DNA of 64,000 bases. It comes from Octopus sinensis (lineage: Eukaryota). The translations under genes were made by a program, and so were the position numbers. The notes under the pieces are model-generated. The model ran no database searches and had not been told where the DNA came from. It worked only from the letters and a program-made list of their open reading frames with translations. How positions within the stretch are numbered: the stretch's first letter is position 1; every line of letters begins with the position of its first letter. The stretch lies in assembly GCF_006345805.1 (NCBI RefSeq), contig NW_021832275.1, positions 8,556-72,555 of the forward strand. Direction: 5' to 3'. Shown one piece after another: positions 10,864 to 25,030 of this stretch.

Positions 10864-11963
10864 AGGTATGATGGCTTTTTACGTGTCACCGGCACGGGGG
10901 CCAGGCGAGGCTGGCAACGGACACGAATGGATGGTGCTTTTACGTGCATATATACATGTAGGTGTGTGAAAATGTGTATGTGTAAGTATATATGTTTTTG
11001 TACATATAGGTATGATCGGGGGTGGATGTATGGATGTATGTTTTTATTACACATATAAGCACGCAGGTGCATGCTTGGATGTGTATATATGTATATGCGA
11101 ATATTCATTCATGGGTAGATATAAATATGGGTTTTATTTGTAAGTATGAGTGCGCAGATATATATTTAAAAAAATATATATATATGTGTGTGTGAAAGTT
11201 CCCTGACACAGTATAGGAAAGTGTATTATGCGGATGTGTGTGTGAGTGTGTGTGTTAGTGTTAGACACTGCTGCCTGTACTGATATGTCTATAAGCAATA
11301 CGATGACAGACATGCACTCTCCAATTTATTGTAAAGATGTATCGGGGAGTATTCATGTGTGTGTACATGTGTGTGTGAGTCTCTGTGTGGATGTATGGGT
11401 TTAGGGTTAGATGTGGATGTGTATGTTTTGCTTGTATGGTGTGGTGGAGGTCGGGCGGTTCTCAATTGACCAACCGTGAGGAAGATAATGATAATTTTAA
11501 ATTCAAATCCAATAGTATATTTATGCCATAAGGAAAATTATTAACTGGAACACGCATACTATATTCTGCTCTGGATCATAATGTAAGAGTTATTAATAAT
11601 ATTATGAATGATAACAATGATAACATTAATTGTATTGACAACGATAATGATACTAACTTTAATGACACTTTGGAAACTATTATGAAGTAATATAATGTAC
11701 TATTGACTATGTATATTTACATCTAGGTATTAATTTGTGTATGTTTATTATCACAATATTAAGTCGAAAAACTGAGACATTGGGTGTGGAACACATATAT
11801 ATGTTTACTAATTTATATTATTTATTTATATCATTATGTAAATGTATATTTTTTTATATGTATAGGAGTGTGAGTATATGCACTCATATGTATATATATA
11901 TGCTGTATTGTGGGTACGCACCCACACCCATGTGGGTATATGTGTAGACTGTTATATTACATA

Positions 11964-12084
11964 ATCTCCTAAGAGGCCTTGTGATATTTTTGTCTCATTT
12001 ATATCTATATATTGACCAACCATAAAGGGCTAATATTGGTAAAATGAGACATAATTATCGACATGGCCGAAACAGCTGTAAGAT
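11964..12084 (+). ncRNA. Degenerate type I HHR with ~94-nt stem II
   Basis: ATCT-CCTAAGA-GGCC...GTCTCATTT...AAATGAGAC...GGCC-GAAAC-AGCT-GTA^AGAT; CUGANGA box mutated. Confidence 0.55.
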
Positions 12085-12329
12085 CTAATTTATACTTATA
12101 TTTATATTTACTTGTATTTATATTCTTTTTTATATATATTCTAATTATTATACAACATTACTCTTTATGTACACTTTTTTATGTACATTCCTTTATGTAC
12201 ACTGATTGTTCTGCTTTTTATATTTAACCCTACAGTCTCTTATGTGGTGGTTTAATAAAGTATGTGATTGAATATTATCTGTAATTGATATTTGATTTAG
12301 ATGTATTTCTCCATTTTCTTATCTTGTAC

Positions 12330-12530
12330 ATATGTGTGTGTATATATATATTATATATATATATAATATATATATTATATATATATATATATATGTATGT
12401 ATATGTAAATGTATGTATATATATATGTTATATATATATATATATGTATATATATATGTATATGTATATATATATATATTGTATATATATATATATATGT
12501 ATTATATATGTATATATATATATGTATATA

Positions 12531-12579
<49 letters not shown>

Positions 12580-12622
12580 GTATATATATGTATATATATA
12601 TGTATATATATATAATATATAT

Positions 12623-12655
<33 letters not shown>

Positions 12656-12750
12656 GTATATATATATATGTATATATATATATGTAATATATATATGTAT
12701 ATATATATGTATATTATTATATTATATGTATTTATATGTGTATGTATATA

Positions 12751-12796
<46 letters not shown>

Positions 12797-12864
12797 GTAT
12801 TTATATATGTTATATATATATATATGTATGTAATATATACATATGTATATATATATATATATAC

Positions 12865-12902
<38 letters not shown>

Positions 12903-13255
12903 TTATATATGTATATATATATATATGTATTTATATATGTATATATATATGTATGTATATATATATGTATATATATGTATATATATATGTATATATATAT
13001 GTATATATATTGTATATATATATATATGTATTTATATATGTATATATATATAATTATGTATATATATATATGTATATATATGTATATATATATATGTATA
13101 TATATATATGTATATATATGTATATATATATATGTATATATATGTTATATATATGTATATATAGTATATATATGTATATATATATATACGTATATATATG
13201 TATATATATATATATGTATATATGTATATATATATATGTATAATATATATATATG

Positions 13256-13286
<31 letters not shown>

Positions 13287-13317
13287 GTATATATATATAT
13301 GTATATATATATATGTG

Positions 13318-13366
<49 letters not shown>

Positions 13367-13402
13367 GTATATATATATATAGTATATATATGTATATGTA
13401 TG

Positions 13403-13433
<31 letters not shown>

Positions 13434-13655
13434 GTATATATATGTATGTATATATATTATATATATATGTATGTATATATATATATATGTATGTATATAT
13501 ATATATATGTATGTATATATATATATATGTATGTATATATATATGTATATATATATGTATGTATATATATATATGTATGTATATATATATATATGTATGT
13601 ATATATATATGTATATATATATATATGTTATATATATATATGTATATATATATTG

Positions 13656-13736
<81 letters not shown>

Positions 13737-14184
13737 GTATATATATAATGTATATATATATATGTATATATCTATGTATATATATATGTATATATATATA
13801 TGTATATATCTATGTATATATATATGTATATATATATGTATATATATATGTATATATCTATGTATATATATATGTATATATATATGTATATATATATATG
13901 TATATATATGATATATATATGTATATATAATGTATATATATCTATATGTATATATATGTATATATATATATGTATATATATATGTATATATATATGTATT
14001 ATATATATGTATAATATATATTGTATATATATATATATGTATATAATTATGTATATATGTATGTATATATGTATATATATATGTATTATATAATGTATGT
14101 ATATATTATGTATATATATATGTATATATAGATGTATATTATATATATATGTATATATATTATAGATGTATATATATATAGATG

Positions 14185-14217
<33 letters not shown>

Positions 14218-14506
14218 GTATATATATATGTATATATATATATGTATTAATATATGTATATATATATGTTATATATATATGTTATATATATGTATATATA
14301 TAATATATATATGTTTATATATATATACTATATATATGTTTATCTATATATATATATTGTTTCTATATATATATGTTTATATATATATATGTTTATATAT
14401 ATATGTTTATATATATATATATATATGTTTATATATATATATATGTTTATATATATATTGTTTATATATATATATGTTTATATATATATATGTTTATATA
14501 TATATA

Positions 14507-14537
<31 letters not shown>

Positions 14538-14600
14538 GTTTATATATATATGTTTATATATATATATGTATATATATATGTATATATATATATATATATG
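12330..14600. repeat. ~2.3-kb (TA)n/(TATG)n/(TTTA) compound microsatellite
   Basis: direct reading. Confidence 0.95.
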
Positions 14601-16787
14601 TATCATCATCATCATCATTTAGCGTCCGTTTTCCATGCTAGCATGGGTTGGACGGTTCAACTGGGGTCTGTGAAGCCGGAAGTCTTCATACAGGCCCTGT
14701 CAGATCTGGCAGTGTTTCTACGGCTGGATGCCCTTCCTAACGCCAACCACTCCATGAGTGTTGTGGGTGCTTTTTACGTCCCACCCGCACAGGTGCCAGA
14801 CAGAGTTGGCAAATGGCCATGAACGGATTGTGCCTTTACGTGCCACCGGCACGGGGGCCAGGCGAGGCTGGCAACGGACACGAACGGATGGTGCTTTTAC
14901 GTGCCACCAGCACGGGGGCCAGGCGAGGCTGGCAACGGACATGAACGGATGGTGCTTTTTACGTGTCACCGGCACGAGGCCAGTCGGGGCGGTGCTGGCA
15001 ACGGTCACGAACCGATGGTTCTCTTACGTGCCACCGGCACTGGTAACTCAGCTGCAATTTTCATTGATCGATTTCGATTCTGATCCTCACTTGCCTCAAC
15101 AGGTCTTCACAAGTAGAGTTTTGTGTCCCAAGAAGGGAAGGTATGCATACGTAGGCTGGCTCCATCCCATGTAGAAGGCCACGGGTTATGGTCTCACTTG
15201 TCCTGCCGGGTCTTCTCGCTCACAGCATACTTCCAGAGGTCTTGGTCCCTAGTCATTTCCTCAGTGAGACCTAAAGTTCGAAGGTCGTGCTTCACCACCT
15301 CGTCCCAGGTTTTCCTGGGTCTGCCTCTTCCGCAGGTTCCCTCAACCACTAGTGTGTGGCACTTTTTCACACAACTATCTTCATCTATTCTCCCCACATG
15401 CCCATACCAGCGCAAACGTCTCTCTTGCACACCACAACTGATGCTTCTTAGGTCCAGCTTTTCTCTCAAGGTATTTACACTCTGTCGACTATGAACACTG
15501 ACATTACACATCCATTGGAGCATACTGGCTTCATTTCTTGCGAGCTTACGCATATCCTCAGCAGTCACGGCCCATGTTTCACTGCCATGTAGCATGGCTG
15601 TTCGTACACATGCATCATACTGTCTGCCTTTTACTCTGTGCGAGAGGCTTTTTGTCACCAGCAGAGGTAAGAGCTCTCTGAACTTTGCCCATGCTATTCT
15701 TACTCTAGCAGTTACACTTTCAGCACACCCGCCCCCGCTGCTGACTTGGTCACCTAGGTAACGGAAGCTATCAACTATTTCTAGTTTTTTTCCCTGGAAA
15801 GTGATGGAAGTTGGTCTCAGAGCATTTTTAGTGTTTATTGTTCCTGAGCATCTGCCACATACAAAAACCATCTTCCTAGTTAGCCTTCCTTTGACGTTGC
15901 TGCACCTCTTATGTGTCCATAGCTTACACTTGGTGCATCTTATAGAGTTTCTACCTACACCTTTTCTACAGATCGAGCAGGGCCATCTACCTGAAGGCGT
16001 TTGTGATTTGTCTACCTTCCTACTGATTACGACTTTGGTTTTAGCTAGATTGACTCTAAGGCCCTTCAATTCTAATCCTTGTTTCCACACCTGAAACTTC
16101 TCCTCCAGTTCTGATAGTGACTCAACAATTAAAGCAAGGTCATCAGCATAGAGGAGCTCCCAAAGGCATCCTGTCTTGAATTCCTCCGTTATTGCCTGGA
16201 GGACTATGATAAATAGGAGGTGGCTGAGGACTGAGCCTTGGTGGACCCCTACCTCTACCCGGAATTCTTCACTGTACTCGTTGCCAACCCTCACCTTACT
16301 AGCAGCGTCCCTGTACATGGCTCGCACAGCTCTCACTAACCATTCATCTATCCCTAGTTTCCTCATTGACCACCAGATAAGGGATCGGGGGACCCTGTCG
16401 AAGGCTTTCTCCATGTCAACAAAAGCCAGGTACAGGGGCTTATCTTTGGCTAGGTATTTCTCCTGCAGCTGCCTTACCAGGAATATAGCATCAGTGGTAC
16501 TTTTCCCTGGCACGAACCCAAACTGCATCTCATCTAAACTAACTCTCTCTCTAATTAGTTTGGCTCTGACCCTCTCCGTAACCTTCATCACCTGATCCAA
16601 CAGCTTGATACCTCTGTAATTATTTGTATCTAGGGCGTCACCTTTACCTTTTTAGCAGTTGACTATTATGCTGCTACACCAGTCATTGGGTATGACTCCT
16701 TTGTGTATCACCTGATTAACTATACGGGTGACTAGGCTATAGCCGACACTACCAGACATTTTGAGCATCTCTGCAGTGATTCCTGAT
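14601..16787 (-). mobile_element. 5'-truncated, relatively young RTE-clade LINE with (ATG)n tail
   Basis: open 468-aa RT ORF; 3' UTR repeats; ATCATCATC tail at ~14601. Confidence 0.92.
15194..16600 (-). CDS. RTE reverse transcriptase (partial, element-encoded)
   Basis: QFGF, AFVDMEKAFDRV, GVHQGS, LLYADD, FRYLG, RLRWYGHV. Confidence 0.85.
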   Translation of the reverse strand: MDQVMKVTERVRAKLIRERVSLDEMQFGFVPGKSTTDAIFLVRQLQEKYLAKDKPLYLAFVDMEKAFDRVPRSLIWWSMRKLGIDEWLVRAVRAMYRDAASKVRVGNEYSEEFRVEVGVHQGSVLSHLLFIIVLQAITEEFKTGCLWELLYADDLALIVESLSELEEKFQVWKQGLELKGLRVNLAKTKVVISRKVDKSQTPSGRWPCSICRKGVGRNSIRCTKCKLWTHKRCSNVKGRLTRKMVFVCGRCSGTINTKNALRPTSITFQGKKLEIVDSFRYLGDQVSSGGGCAESVTARVRIAWAKFRELLPLLVTKSLSHRVKGRQYDACVRTAMLHGSETWAVTAEDMRKLARNEASMLQWMCNVSVHSRQSVNTLREKLDLRSISCGVQERRLRWYGHVGRIDEDSCVKKCHTLVVEGTCGRGRPRKTWDEVVKHDLRTLGLTEEMTRDQDLWKYAVSEKTRQDK

Positions 16788-16788
16788 G

Positions 16789-16823
<35 letters not shown>

Positions 16824-16850
16824 GTATATATATATATGTATATATATATA

Positions 16851-17258
16851 TACTCTTTACTCTTTTACTCTTTTACTTGTTTCAGTCATTTGACTGTGGC
16901 CATGCTGGAGCACCACCTTTAGTCGAGCAAATCGACCCCGGGACTTATTCTTTGTAAGCCCAGTACTTATTCTATCGGTCTCTTTTGCCAAACCGCTAAG
17001 TGACAGGGATGGAAATACACCAGCATCGGTTGTCAGGCAATGCTAGGGGGGACAAACACAGACACAAACACATACATATAAATATATATATATACATACA
17101 TTTATACGACAGGCTACTTTCAGTTTCCATCTCCCAAATCCACTCACAAGGCATTGGTCGGACTGGGGCTATAGCAGAAGACACTTGCCGAAGATGCCAC
17201 GCAGTGGGACTGAACCCGGAACCATGTGGTTGGTTAGCAAGCTACTTACCACACAGCC
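16851..17258 (-). mobile_element. tRNA-derived SINE with (AAGAGTA)n tail
   Basis: tRNA-like head near 17200-17258; body GCTTACAAAGAATAAGTCC...CCAGCATGGCC also at 32770-32870. Confidence 0.8.
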
Positions 17259-17272
17259 ACTATATGTATATA

Positions 17273-17318
<46 letters not shown>

Positions 17319-17334
17319 CATTATTTACACATAC

Positions 17335-17637
17335 ATGGCCCAGTGGTTAGGGCAGCGGACTCGCAGTCGTAGGATCGCGGTTTCGATTCCCAGACTGGGC
17401 ATTGTGAGTGTTTATTGAGCGAAAACACCTAAAGATCCACAAGGCTCCGGCAGGGTGGTGGTGGCGATCCCTGCTGTACTCTTTCGCCACAACTTTCTCT
17501 CACTCTTTCTACTGTTGGCCTGCCTGCTTAGCCAGCGGGGTGGCGTCATTTGAAGGCTAAAACAATGCGAAGCGCATTGTGACCAGCGATGTTTAACAAC
17601 ATCTGATAGCCTGGTCGGTCGCGGTGATCACGGTGAT
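17335..17637 (+). mobile_element. Second tRNA-derived SINE family
   Basis: A-box TGGCCCAGTGG, B-box-like GTTTCGATTCC; tail matches ~34340-34455. Confidence 0.75.
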
Positions 17638-17644
17638 GTATGTA

Positions 17645-17683
<39 letters not shown>

Positions 17684-17734
17684 ATATATATATGTATCTA
17701 TGCATATATACATATGTATGTGTATGTATATATA

Positions 17735-20700
17735 TAACTTAACTTAAAAAGGTTTTGGCCAGTATTGTTCCTGGCCATGTCTAACTTAATAGCACCACCT
17801 GGCGAAGTCTTTCAATTCAGGATTTGGGCACCAAGGCCCATTCAAGTAGAGATTTATTGTTTGTGGAGACTTCTTGAATTTTATGTGGTCAGTATCTGTT
17901 TTGACATGTCCTGGTGTAATGTTGAAGAGAATGGGTCCAATTGAGGTGAAATAATTGTGCCATATCGTTGTTATGAGATGCGATTTAGATTTTTGTTGTG
18001 GACGGATGGCATGTGTTCCAAGCCTTTGATGTATTTTGAAGATGATGCCAACATCATTCGGATAGTGCTGATGGAATATTTTCCACATCATACAGATAAT
18101 GTAGCATTCACGGCGTCGTTGGAGTGAATACAGTTTCAGCTTTTTTAGTCCTACCCCAGTAGTCGAGGTCTGACATGCCATCTATTTTGTGATTAAGCTT
18201 TGGGGAGCTTCAATTCTCGTAATATTTTGTTTCGTGTAGGGAGACAGCAGTATTCAAGGTGGGGGTCAGGCATTCAGTGGACAGCAGTATTCAAGGTGGG
18301 GTCAGGCAAAAGTGGAGAAAGAAGGATAATGTTGTGGGAATCTCTCGACTGGAAGGTTCTGAGAATCCAGGAACACATTCTGCGGGCCATGTCAACTTTG
18401 CTGCTTATATGTGTAGCCCAGCTTATGTTGTTGTCCACAGTTACTCCCAAGTCTCTGATGTTGTTGGATGCCATGAGAATTTCTCCAGATGGAAGGGAGT
18501 ATGGGAGTTTCAGAGCGTCCTCCCTTCCAAAGTGGATCAGTTCGAATTTGTCTTCATTTAGCAACATGTTGTTCTTTTCCGCCCATTGGTCAACAGCCAG
18601 TAGGTCTGACTGAAGGCTTATCCGGTCATCCATGCCATTGATGACCTTCTGGAGCTTGGAATCATCAGCGAAGATTCTAATGTTACTGTGTTTGATGATG
18701 TCAGTAATATCATTAATGTAGATGATGAAGAGAAGTGGGCCCAACACAGTGCCTTGTGGGACACCACTACTGACTTTGGCTGGGCTGGATTTGATTCCTT
18801 CGACTACAACATGTTGGGTTCTGTTAGACAGGAAGCACTTGATCCACTGCAGCAACTTTCCAGTGACACCAATATTGGACAGCTTTCTCAAAAGGATCTT
18901 ATGATCAACCCTGTCAAAGGCCTTGCTGAAATCAAGGTAGATGACATCAGTGTTGGAACCCTCTCCCAAGGCTCTCAAAATGTCATCAAAATGCGTCAGG
19001 CAATCCCTTCCATGACGGAATCCATGCTGGTTGGAGTTCAGCATATTATGACTCTCAAGGAAGTGAGTCATACACGATCTCGGCACTCTCTCAAATACCT
19101 TAATGATATGAGAGGTGAGTGAGGTTGGACGGTAATTCACGGCAAGCGATTTGTTTCCTTTTTTGAAAACTGGGACAACAGACTGGGATAGAAGGTCTTC
19201 TGGTATATATCCAGCATCCAGTGCATTCCGCCACAGATTGGCTAGAGTGGGTGCAAGTTGGTGTTGACACATCTTCAAGACACAAGCAGGGAACCTATCG
19301 GGACCTGCTGCTGAATTATGCTTCATTTCCTTTATTGCTGCTAAGACATCAGGAGCGCCAAAGGTTATGCCCGATAAAGTGTATTGGGGAGTAACATCAC
19401 TGATACAGCCCAGATCAGCCATATCAGGATTGCAGAAAACAGAGCAGTATTGTTTCTGCAACATCTCTTCCATGGTTTTGGCATTGTCTTGAAGAGTATC
19501 ATTTTCATCAATCAGAGGGCCAACAGTAGAACCAGTGACTCTATGTGATTTTGCAAATGAAAAAAACACTTTGGGATTGAGTTTGATCTTCTCAATGGCC
19601 CCAGGCCTCTTCAGCTCTTCTCTGACTATTGATGATAGACATCATGTTATTTTGGAGGTTATGTTTTTTTAATCTCTAGCGACGAGATGGCAGTCAGGTT
19701 GGTGTGTTGCTGTTGACAGTATTTCAGCTTGTTGATTTTTTTGTTAATTCTTTTAATTTTCCTGATGAGTGTTTTTCTATTTCTAGGGATTCTGCACTTA
19801 GATTTGTTTACAGATCTTAATGGGGTGTGTTTTGCACATATGTTCGTAATGGTGTCTACAAATGACTGCTAGGACGTTTTGATGTTTTTGATGTTAGTGG
19901 GTGTGTATGTGTGTGTGAAGGACCAATCGACTTGTGCAAGATCATTATTGATCTCTTCCCAGTTTGCATTGTGAAATCCATAGTGTCAAATGGATGGACA
20001 GGAGGGATGACATTTGTTTTGCATTTTGGCCAGTGAAATCTCGGATCACAGAGAGCAGAGTTTTCTCCACTGCAATATTGTGGATAGTATCAGTGTGATT
20101 GCTGAAAATTAAGTTTAGGACGTGTTTGTGACATCTCGTTGGTTCGAGCACCAGTTGGGACAGGAAGAAATCATCCATGGAGTCAAGAAGCGATTCCACT
20201 GCCTCCCTGTCAGGGGTTGAGAGAGAAGAACCTGGCGGCAGACTGTTTGTAGACCAGTCTTTCCCGGGAAGGTTGAAGTCTCCCATCATTAAGATGTTGT
20301 CAGGTTGACACTGCTGAATGAAACACTTTATGTTGTTGAGGCATTCCTTGAAGCATGGTAGGAGCATTTGGGGTGGTCTGTAGAGCCCAACTACTATTAA
20401 GTTGTTAGTTTGACTGAATACAGCGACTGCTTCACAGTATCCATTGGAAAATATGTTCATAGCCTCTGTTGAGAATGAATCATGAACATAAATGGCAGTC
20501 CCACCCTTTCTTCTGCCAGCACAATCAGCACGAATGGATTTGAAAGTTTTAATTTTCATCTCGGCTTCCAAGTGGCGGTTACTAAGATGAGTTTCAGTGA
20601 GGACAAAGAAAGGGATGTGGTTTGGATGGGCATCGACCCAGTCCTCCAGGAATTTTATCTTCCATTTTTGAGTATTGGTGGAAGGGCTGATGCCTTGGGC

Positions 20701-21560
20701 ATTAAGCAAAAATGTTGCCGCGAGAGTAGATGGTTTTAATTGTTTTGGTGTTTTGTTTATTTGATTGCTTTTTAGTGGCATGTGCAGTGGGGTGATAGTG
20801 GTGGATGGTGGTGGGTGATAGCTCGGATGTTTTTTCCAGTTCTTTTGCTAGATTCATTATAGCTAAAAAAGAGGAAGAAGTTTCCTGTTTAGGGAACTGT
20901 TGGTGACTGTGGTTGTGGTTATTTTTATGAGTGGTTATTTCTATATGAGTCGTAGGTTTTTTTGCTTTTATTTTTATTTTTATTATCATTTGTCCGACGA
21001 GTCCCCGGGAGATGGGTAAAGGGACAATCCCTGTGCAAACACAATCTGTCTCGCTGGTAATAGCGGCAGATTTGGGGATTCCTTGTTTGAGATATTGGTA
21101 GTTGTGGCGGTGTTGTAATAGAGTATGTATGGTGGTGGCTGTTGTAGTTTGTAGGGATAGAGCGTTTTGTCCCAGGTAAATGGGTGAATTTGCAGTCTCT
21201 ATCAGTGCATAATCTATGGCAGAGAGAATAACGGCAAATGATGGGGTTTCGAGTGGGTGTGTATGTGCGCGAGTTGTGAGAGGCGTAGATGATAGTTTGT
21301 TGAGGTTTTGTTGACCTTTGTGACCAGTGGGAGGTAGAGTTCTTGAACAAGTAGTAGGAGGTATATTCCTTGAGGTAGCAGCAGCAGCAGCAGTAGCAGT
21401 AGTAGTAGTAGTAGTAGTTGTAGTAGTAGTAGTAGTAGTAGTAGTAGGCAGAAGAGATGATGTTGACAGTGATGATGACTGAGCTACTGGGGCAGTGAAA
21501 GGAAGGGATGGTGCTTCCTGCTGTGAGACCCTGGTGACTGGGGGGGTCAAGGAGTGGTTA
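17735..21560 (-). mobile_element. CR1-group LINE (ORF1 remnant, APE, RT), degenerate, (TAAGT)n tail
   Basis: APE ORF 19945-20781 (LTETHL, GDFNLP), RT ORF 18274-19569 (YRPTSL, YLDFSKAFDRV, GVPQG, FADD), LYSLQRRR in 17786-18181. Confidence 0.88.
21012..21236 (-). other. Two duplicated CCCH-type zinc-finger motifs in the LINE ORF1
   Basis: C-x8-C-x4-C-x3-H twice, 56 aa apart, in ORF 20925-21350. Confidence 0.6.
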
Positions 21561-21563
21561 TAC

Positions 21564-21620
<57 letters not shown>

Positions 21621-22119
21621 CATGTATCTATATGTATGTATATATGTGTGTATGTATATATATACATATATATATATACATGTATCTATATGTATGTATA
21701 TATGTGTGTATGTATATATATACATATATATATATATACACACACAGATCAAAATACATAAATACACCATAACATATATACACATACAGATATATTGAAA
21801 ACTGTCTGGTGTATTGAATATTAAAATAATAAAATTGTACAATATATTAATATGATATAATTAAGCGTAATATAAATATATAAATTTTTAAAAATATATA
21901 TAAATTTAAAATTTAGATATGCAAATGAGTAAAAATCTAACCTTGGCAAAATTTAAATTGAGATTTGCAAAACAGTTGAAGGCATTCTTAAAAGTCATAT
22001 GTAAAATATGTACCAGCATTGTAATACTAAAAGATGTTTATATTTTAGGTGTAAAAGCTAAATTCAAATGCAAAAGTGAAAAAATTACCCTTATGGTACT
22101 TTTCCAGCTGACATTTTAA

Positions 22120-23090
22120 ATCTTATAGCGTACCTGCAAGAATTTAGGAGCTCTTGTCTTTGGTTCAGTGCATGTTTATCCTGGAACAGGATGAAGAGCT
22201 TTTCAGAGATGTAGAGATTACATCTCACTGGTCATCTGTATGCTCTATGTTTATATGGTACTGCTTTCTCCAAAATTGTTCAGCTGATACTGAAAGGATG
22301 GATATCATTTTCCTTCAATTGTCAGATGTGTTTTGCAAGACTTGTTGCTGTCCTATTTCGGGGTATTGAAAAGAATTTCGGTGGGAATAAAACCTAGTCT
22401 TGAAGGAATTTTCCGAAGCTCCTGTGTATGTTTTATATTCTTGTGAGCTTTCTATTTGTACATTAGCTCTATAAACTATTCCTTTACCAAGACATTTTCC
22501 TTCTAATGGACAGTAACTCTTATCTTTGAAATTGCAATTCTTCTGGTTAAATTCAGCACTGTGGTTGCTTCTAATGATTTTTGTGTTGTGCTGATTAATT
22601 AAAGAGGCAAAGTTTTTGCAACAAGACTAGCTAACCTTCAGCATCTTCCTATTAAAAATTCTATAGAACTAATAGCTAGTTTGAAAATGCTTAGAAGCTA
22701 GTTCTAATAATTTTCTACCTATATTTGTTTTTACGGCAATGTTAAATGCCAGATTAAATCACAAAACTTTCCTAATTCTAGTTCTACGTCTTCTGTTATT
22801 GCTAGAAGTAGTTTGACTATACTGGATCTTCTCTGAGAATCCACTGTTCCTTAAGGTAATTATTATAATACGGTACAGCATGTTGAAATGCTGTCTCATC
22901 TGAAAATATGCATGATATGCACCTTCCTGTATTACTAACTAGATTCTTAAGAATTATGGGTGGATGATTTGAATCTTTGTTAATATAAATTAGTTGGGTT
23001 TAAATTTATCTAATTGCAAATCTAAGTTAATATCTAAAAAATCTACATTATTAAGGTTACTACATTATTAAGGTTACTTTACTACATTAT
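22120..23090 (-). mobile_element. Degenerate Penelope-like remnant (RT thumb plus GIY-YIG)
   Basis: hand translation: YINKDSNHP; CPLEGKCLGKGIVYRANV...YTGASENSFKTRFYSHRNSF. Confidence 0.75.
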
Positions 23091-24049
23091 TAAGGTTATT
23101 AGCTGACCTTATATGGAAATTAAAAGCAGACAAGGTAAAATATACTTTAAATTGGTCAATAATGAAGCATGCACATCTATTTGGTGCCCTCACCAGGAAG
23201 TGCAGATTATGCTCAGAAGAATCACAATGTATATTGTTGAGCAATGAAAGAGTTATTAACAAATTCTTGGAAGAGTAATAAAACGCAAACACAAGATGAA
23301 ATTCACCTTTTCACAATATAATAGGAGTAATTAATTAATTATGGATTACTTAGATTAATAGCCAGCCAACTCAGTCTCTCCTTCAGTGGATATACTCTTG
23401 TATAAATGTTAGGTGTACACATTGTGAAGTTACTTTCTGAACCTGCTGTGTTTTTTTATATTGATATTGTACGTAATTGTATGCAGACTTACATGTACAA
23501 CTGTCAAAAAATACTTTTTACTGAATGATGAACAGATCATTAACAGATGGTCCATTAGATGGCATATATGCAAAATTAGACTGAAGTGCATTATTAACTA
23601 TTATTGACTGTATAATCAATGAATGTATATAGACTGACCATATGCTTATAGTTTGAGCCTAATGTACTATGTTATTGAAATTATATTTTCATTGTGTGAA
23701 AACTCATACATCAATTGATCAATTATCCATTGTTTGAAAGAATATGTATGCATGAATATATGAAAGTAGCCAGAGGAAAATGAACAGAGATGTATGAATA
23801 CTCATATGTGTAATTAAAATACACATGTGCATATATGTATGTGAGTGTGTATATTAATGGGTGTATATGTATGTGAGTGTATGCCTCTGTGTATATATAT
23901 ATAAACTGGTTAATGTGCATGTGTATGGGTGTATGCAACAGCTGCATAGACGACAGTGTGTGTGTCAATACCTATAGACTGAGTTTGTGTATATCCATAT
24001 ATATCTGTCAGTGTGTGCATGTGTGTTTATGTGCATCAGAGACTATTAC

Positions 24050-24330
24050 ACATTTTGGTCTCATGTTCTTGAATGTGGTTGGTCAGGAAATTATTCCTCA
24101 TTCTTGTTGCTGTATTTCTATATTTTGGGGTTATGACTCTTTCTTGAGGACATTTGGAAATAGTGATGAATGGAAAAATCATTGCTCAGATGTGTGGAGG
24201 AGGATGGAAGAAGGTGACATATATAGACTGGTATTGCTATAACAACCAGTCTACTTCATGTAGTTCTTTCCTGTTGTTAATCACTAGTCTCAATTTGTTT
24301 ATAAGGAGGTTGTCCATGATTTTGGGATTG
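24050..24330 (-). mobile_element. PLE 3' remnant related to 33640-34210
   Basis: shared blocks GGACATTTGGAAA...CATTGCTCAGAT...TCATGTAGTT...CCTGTTGTTAAT. Confidence 0.5.
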
Positions 24331-25030
24331 CTCCTGTTGCATTGTGCAGCCCTGACGGATACTTTAAAAGATTTTGTATGCTTCTACTTTATCTATATTC
24401 AAAAAATTTTCTCCTACTATGACATCATGAACACTTCAAAATCATATTTCCAATCATAAAGTACTTCAAAAATTATTTTAGTAAGTTTAAAATGATTTTT
24501 GGACTGTAGACCATTTGCCATTTCTGTGATAACCACTTCCCTTGATGCCCTAAGAACATAATTATTTTGTTTAATAGTTAATTTAGTGCTGATCATTCTA
24601 CATTCTAACATAATTTACTATATTTCCTTTAGTTCTTTTGTCATGACTATTAATATTCATACAGTAATGTTCATTTAATAAATTTGTACCAATCCAAATC
24701 ACACAAAAGCAAGCCTTTAATTTGTTTAATCAGTAAAATTTGTTTGAATTCCATTTTTATCTCTGTCAAATAGTGCACAAATACTACTTCATTCCAATAA
24801 AATTGAATGTCTTTTTTCTTGGAACCCAGCCATAATAAATATAATTTTTCTAATGCATCTGATGTATATTTTTAAAAAACATTTGAAAATGTTATCTTTA
24901 TATTCTTAGTATAATATGTAACTAGGATATAAATTTCACTAGTTAAAGTTCTAAGTTGGTAGCCTTCATTAATCAACAATAGGTCCACATAGAAAATTGT
25001 ATTTACATTTTTAAAAAATTATATAAAATA

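Noticed and set aside
396-14641. Many long Tyr/Ile/Met/Cys/His-rich ORFs (also 41466-42854, 61679-62839)
   Set aside because: They are translations of (TA)n/(TG)n/(CA)n microsatellites that lack stop codons in some frames; not genes.
17335-17390. tRNA genes at SINE heads (also 52143-52205, 17200-17258)
   Set aside because: A/B boxes are present, but no complete cloverleaf/acceptor stem was found and each is followed by a SINE body.
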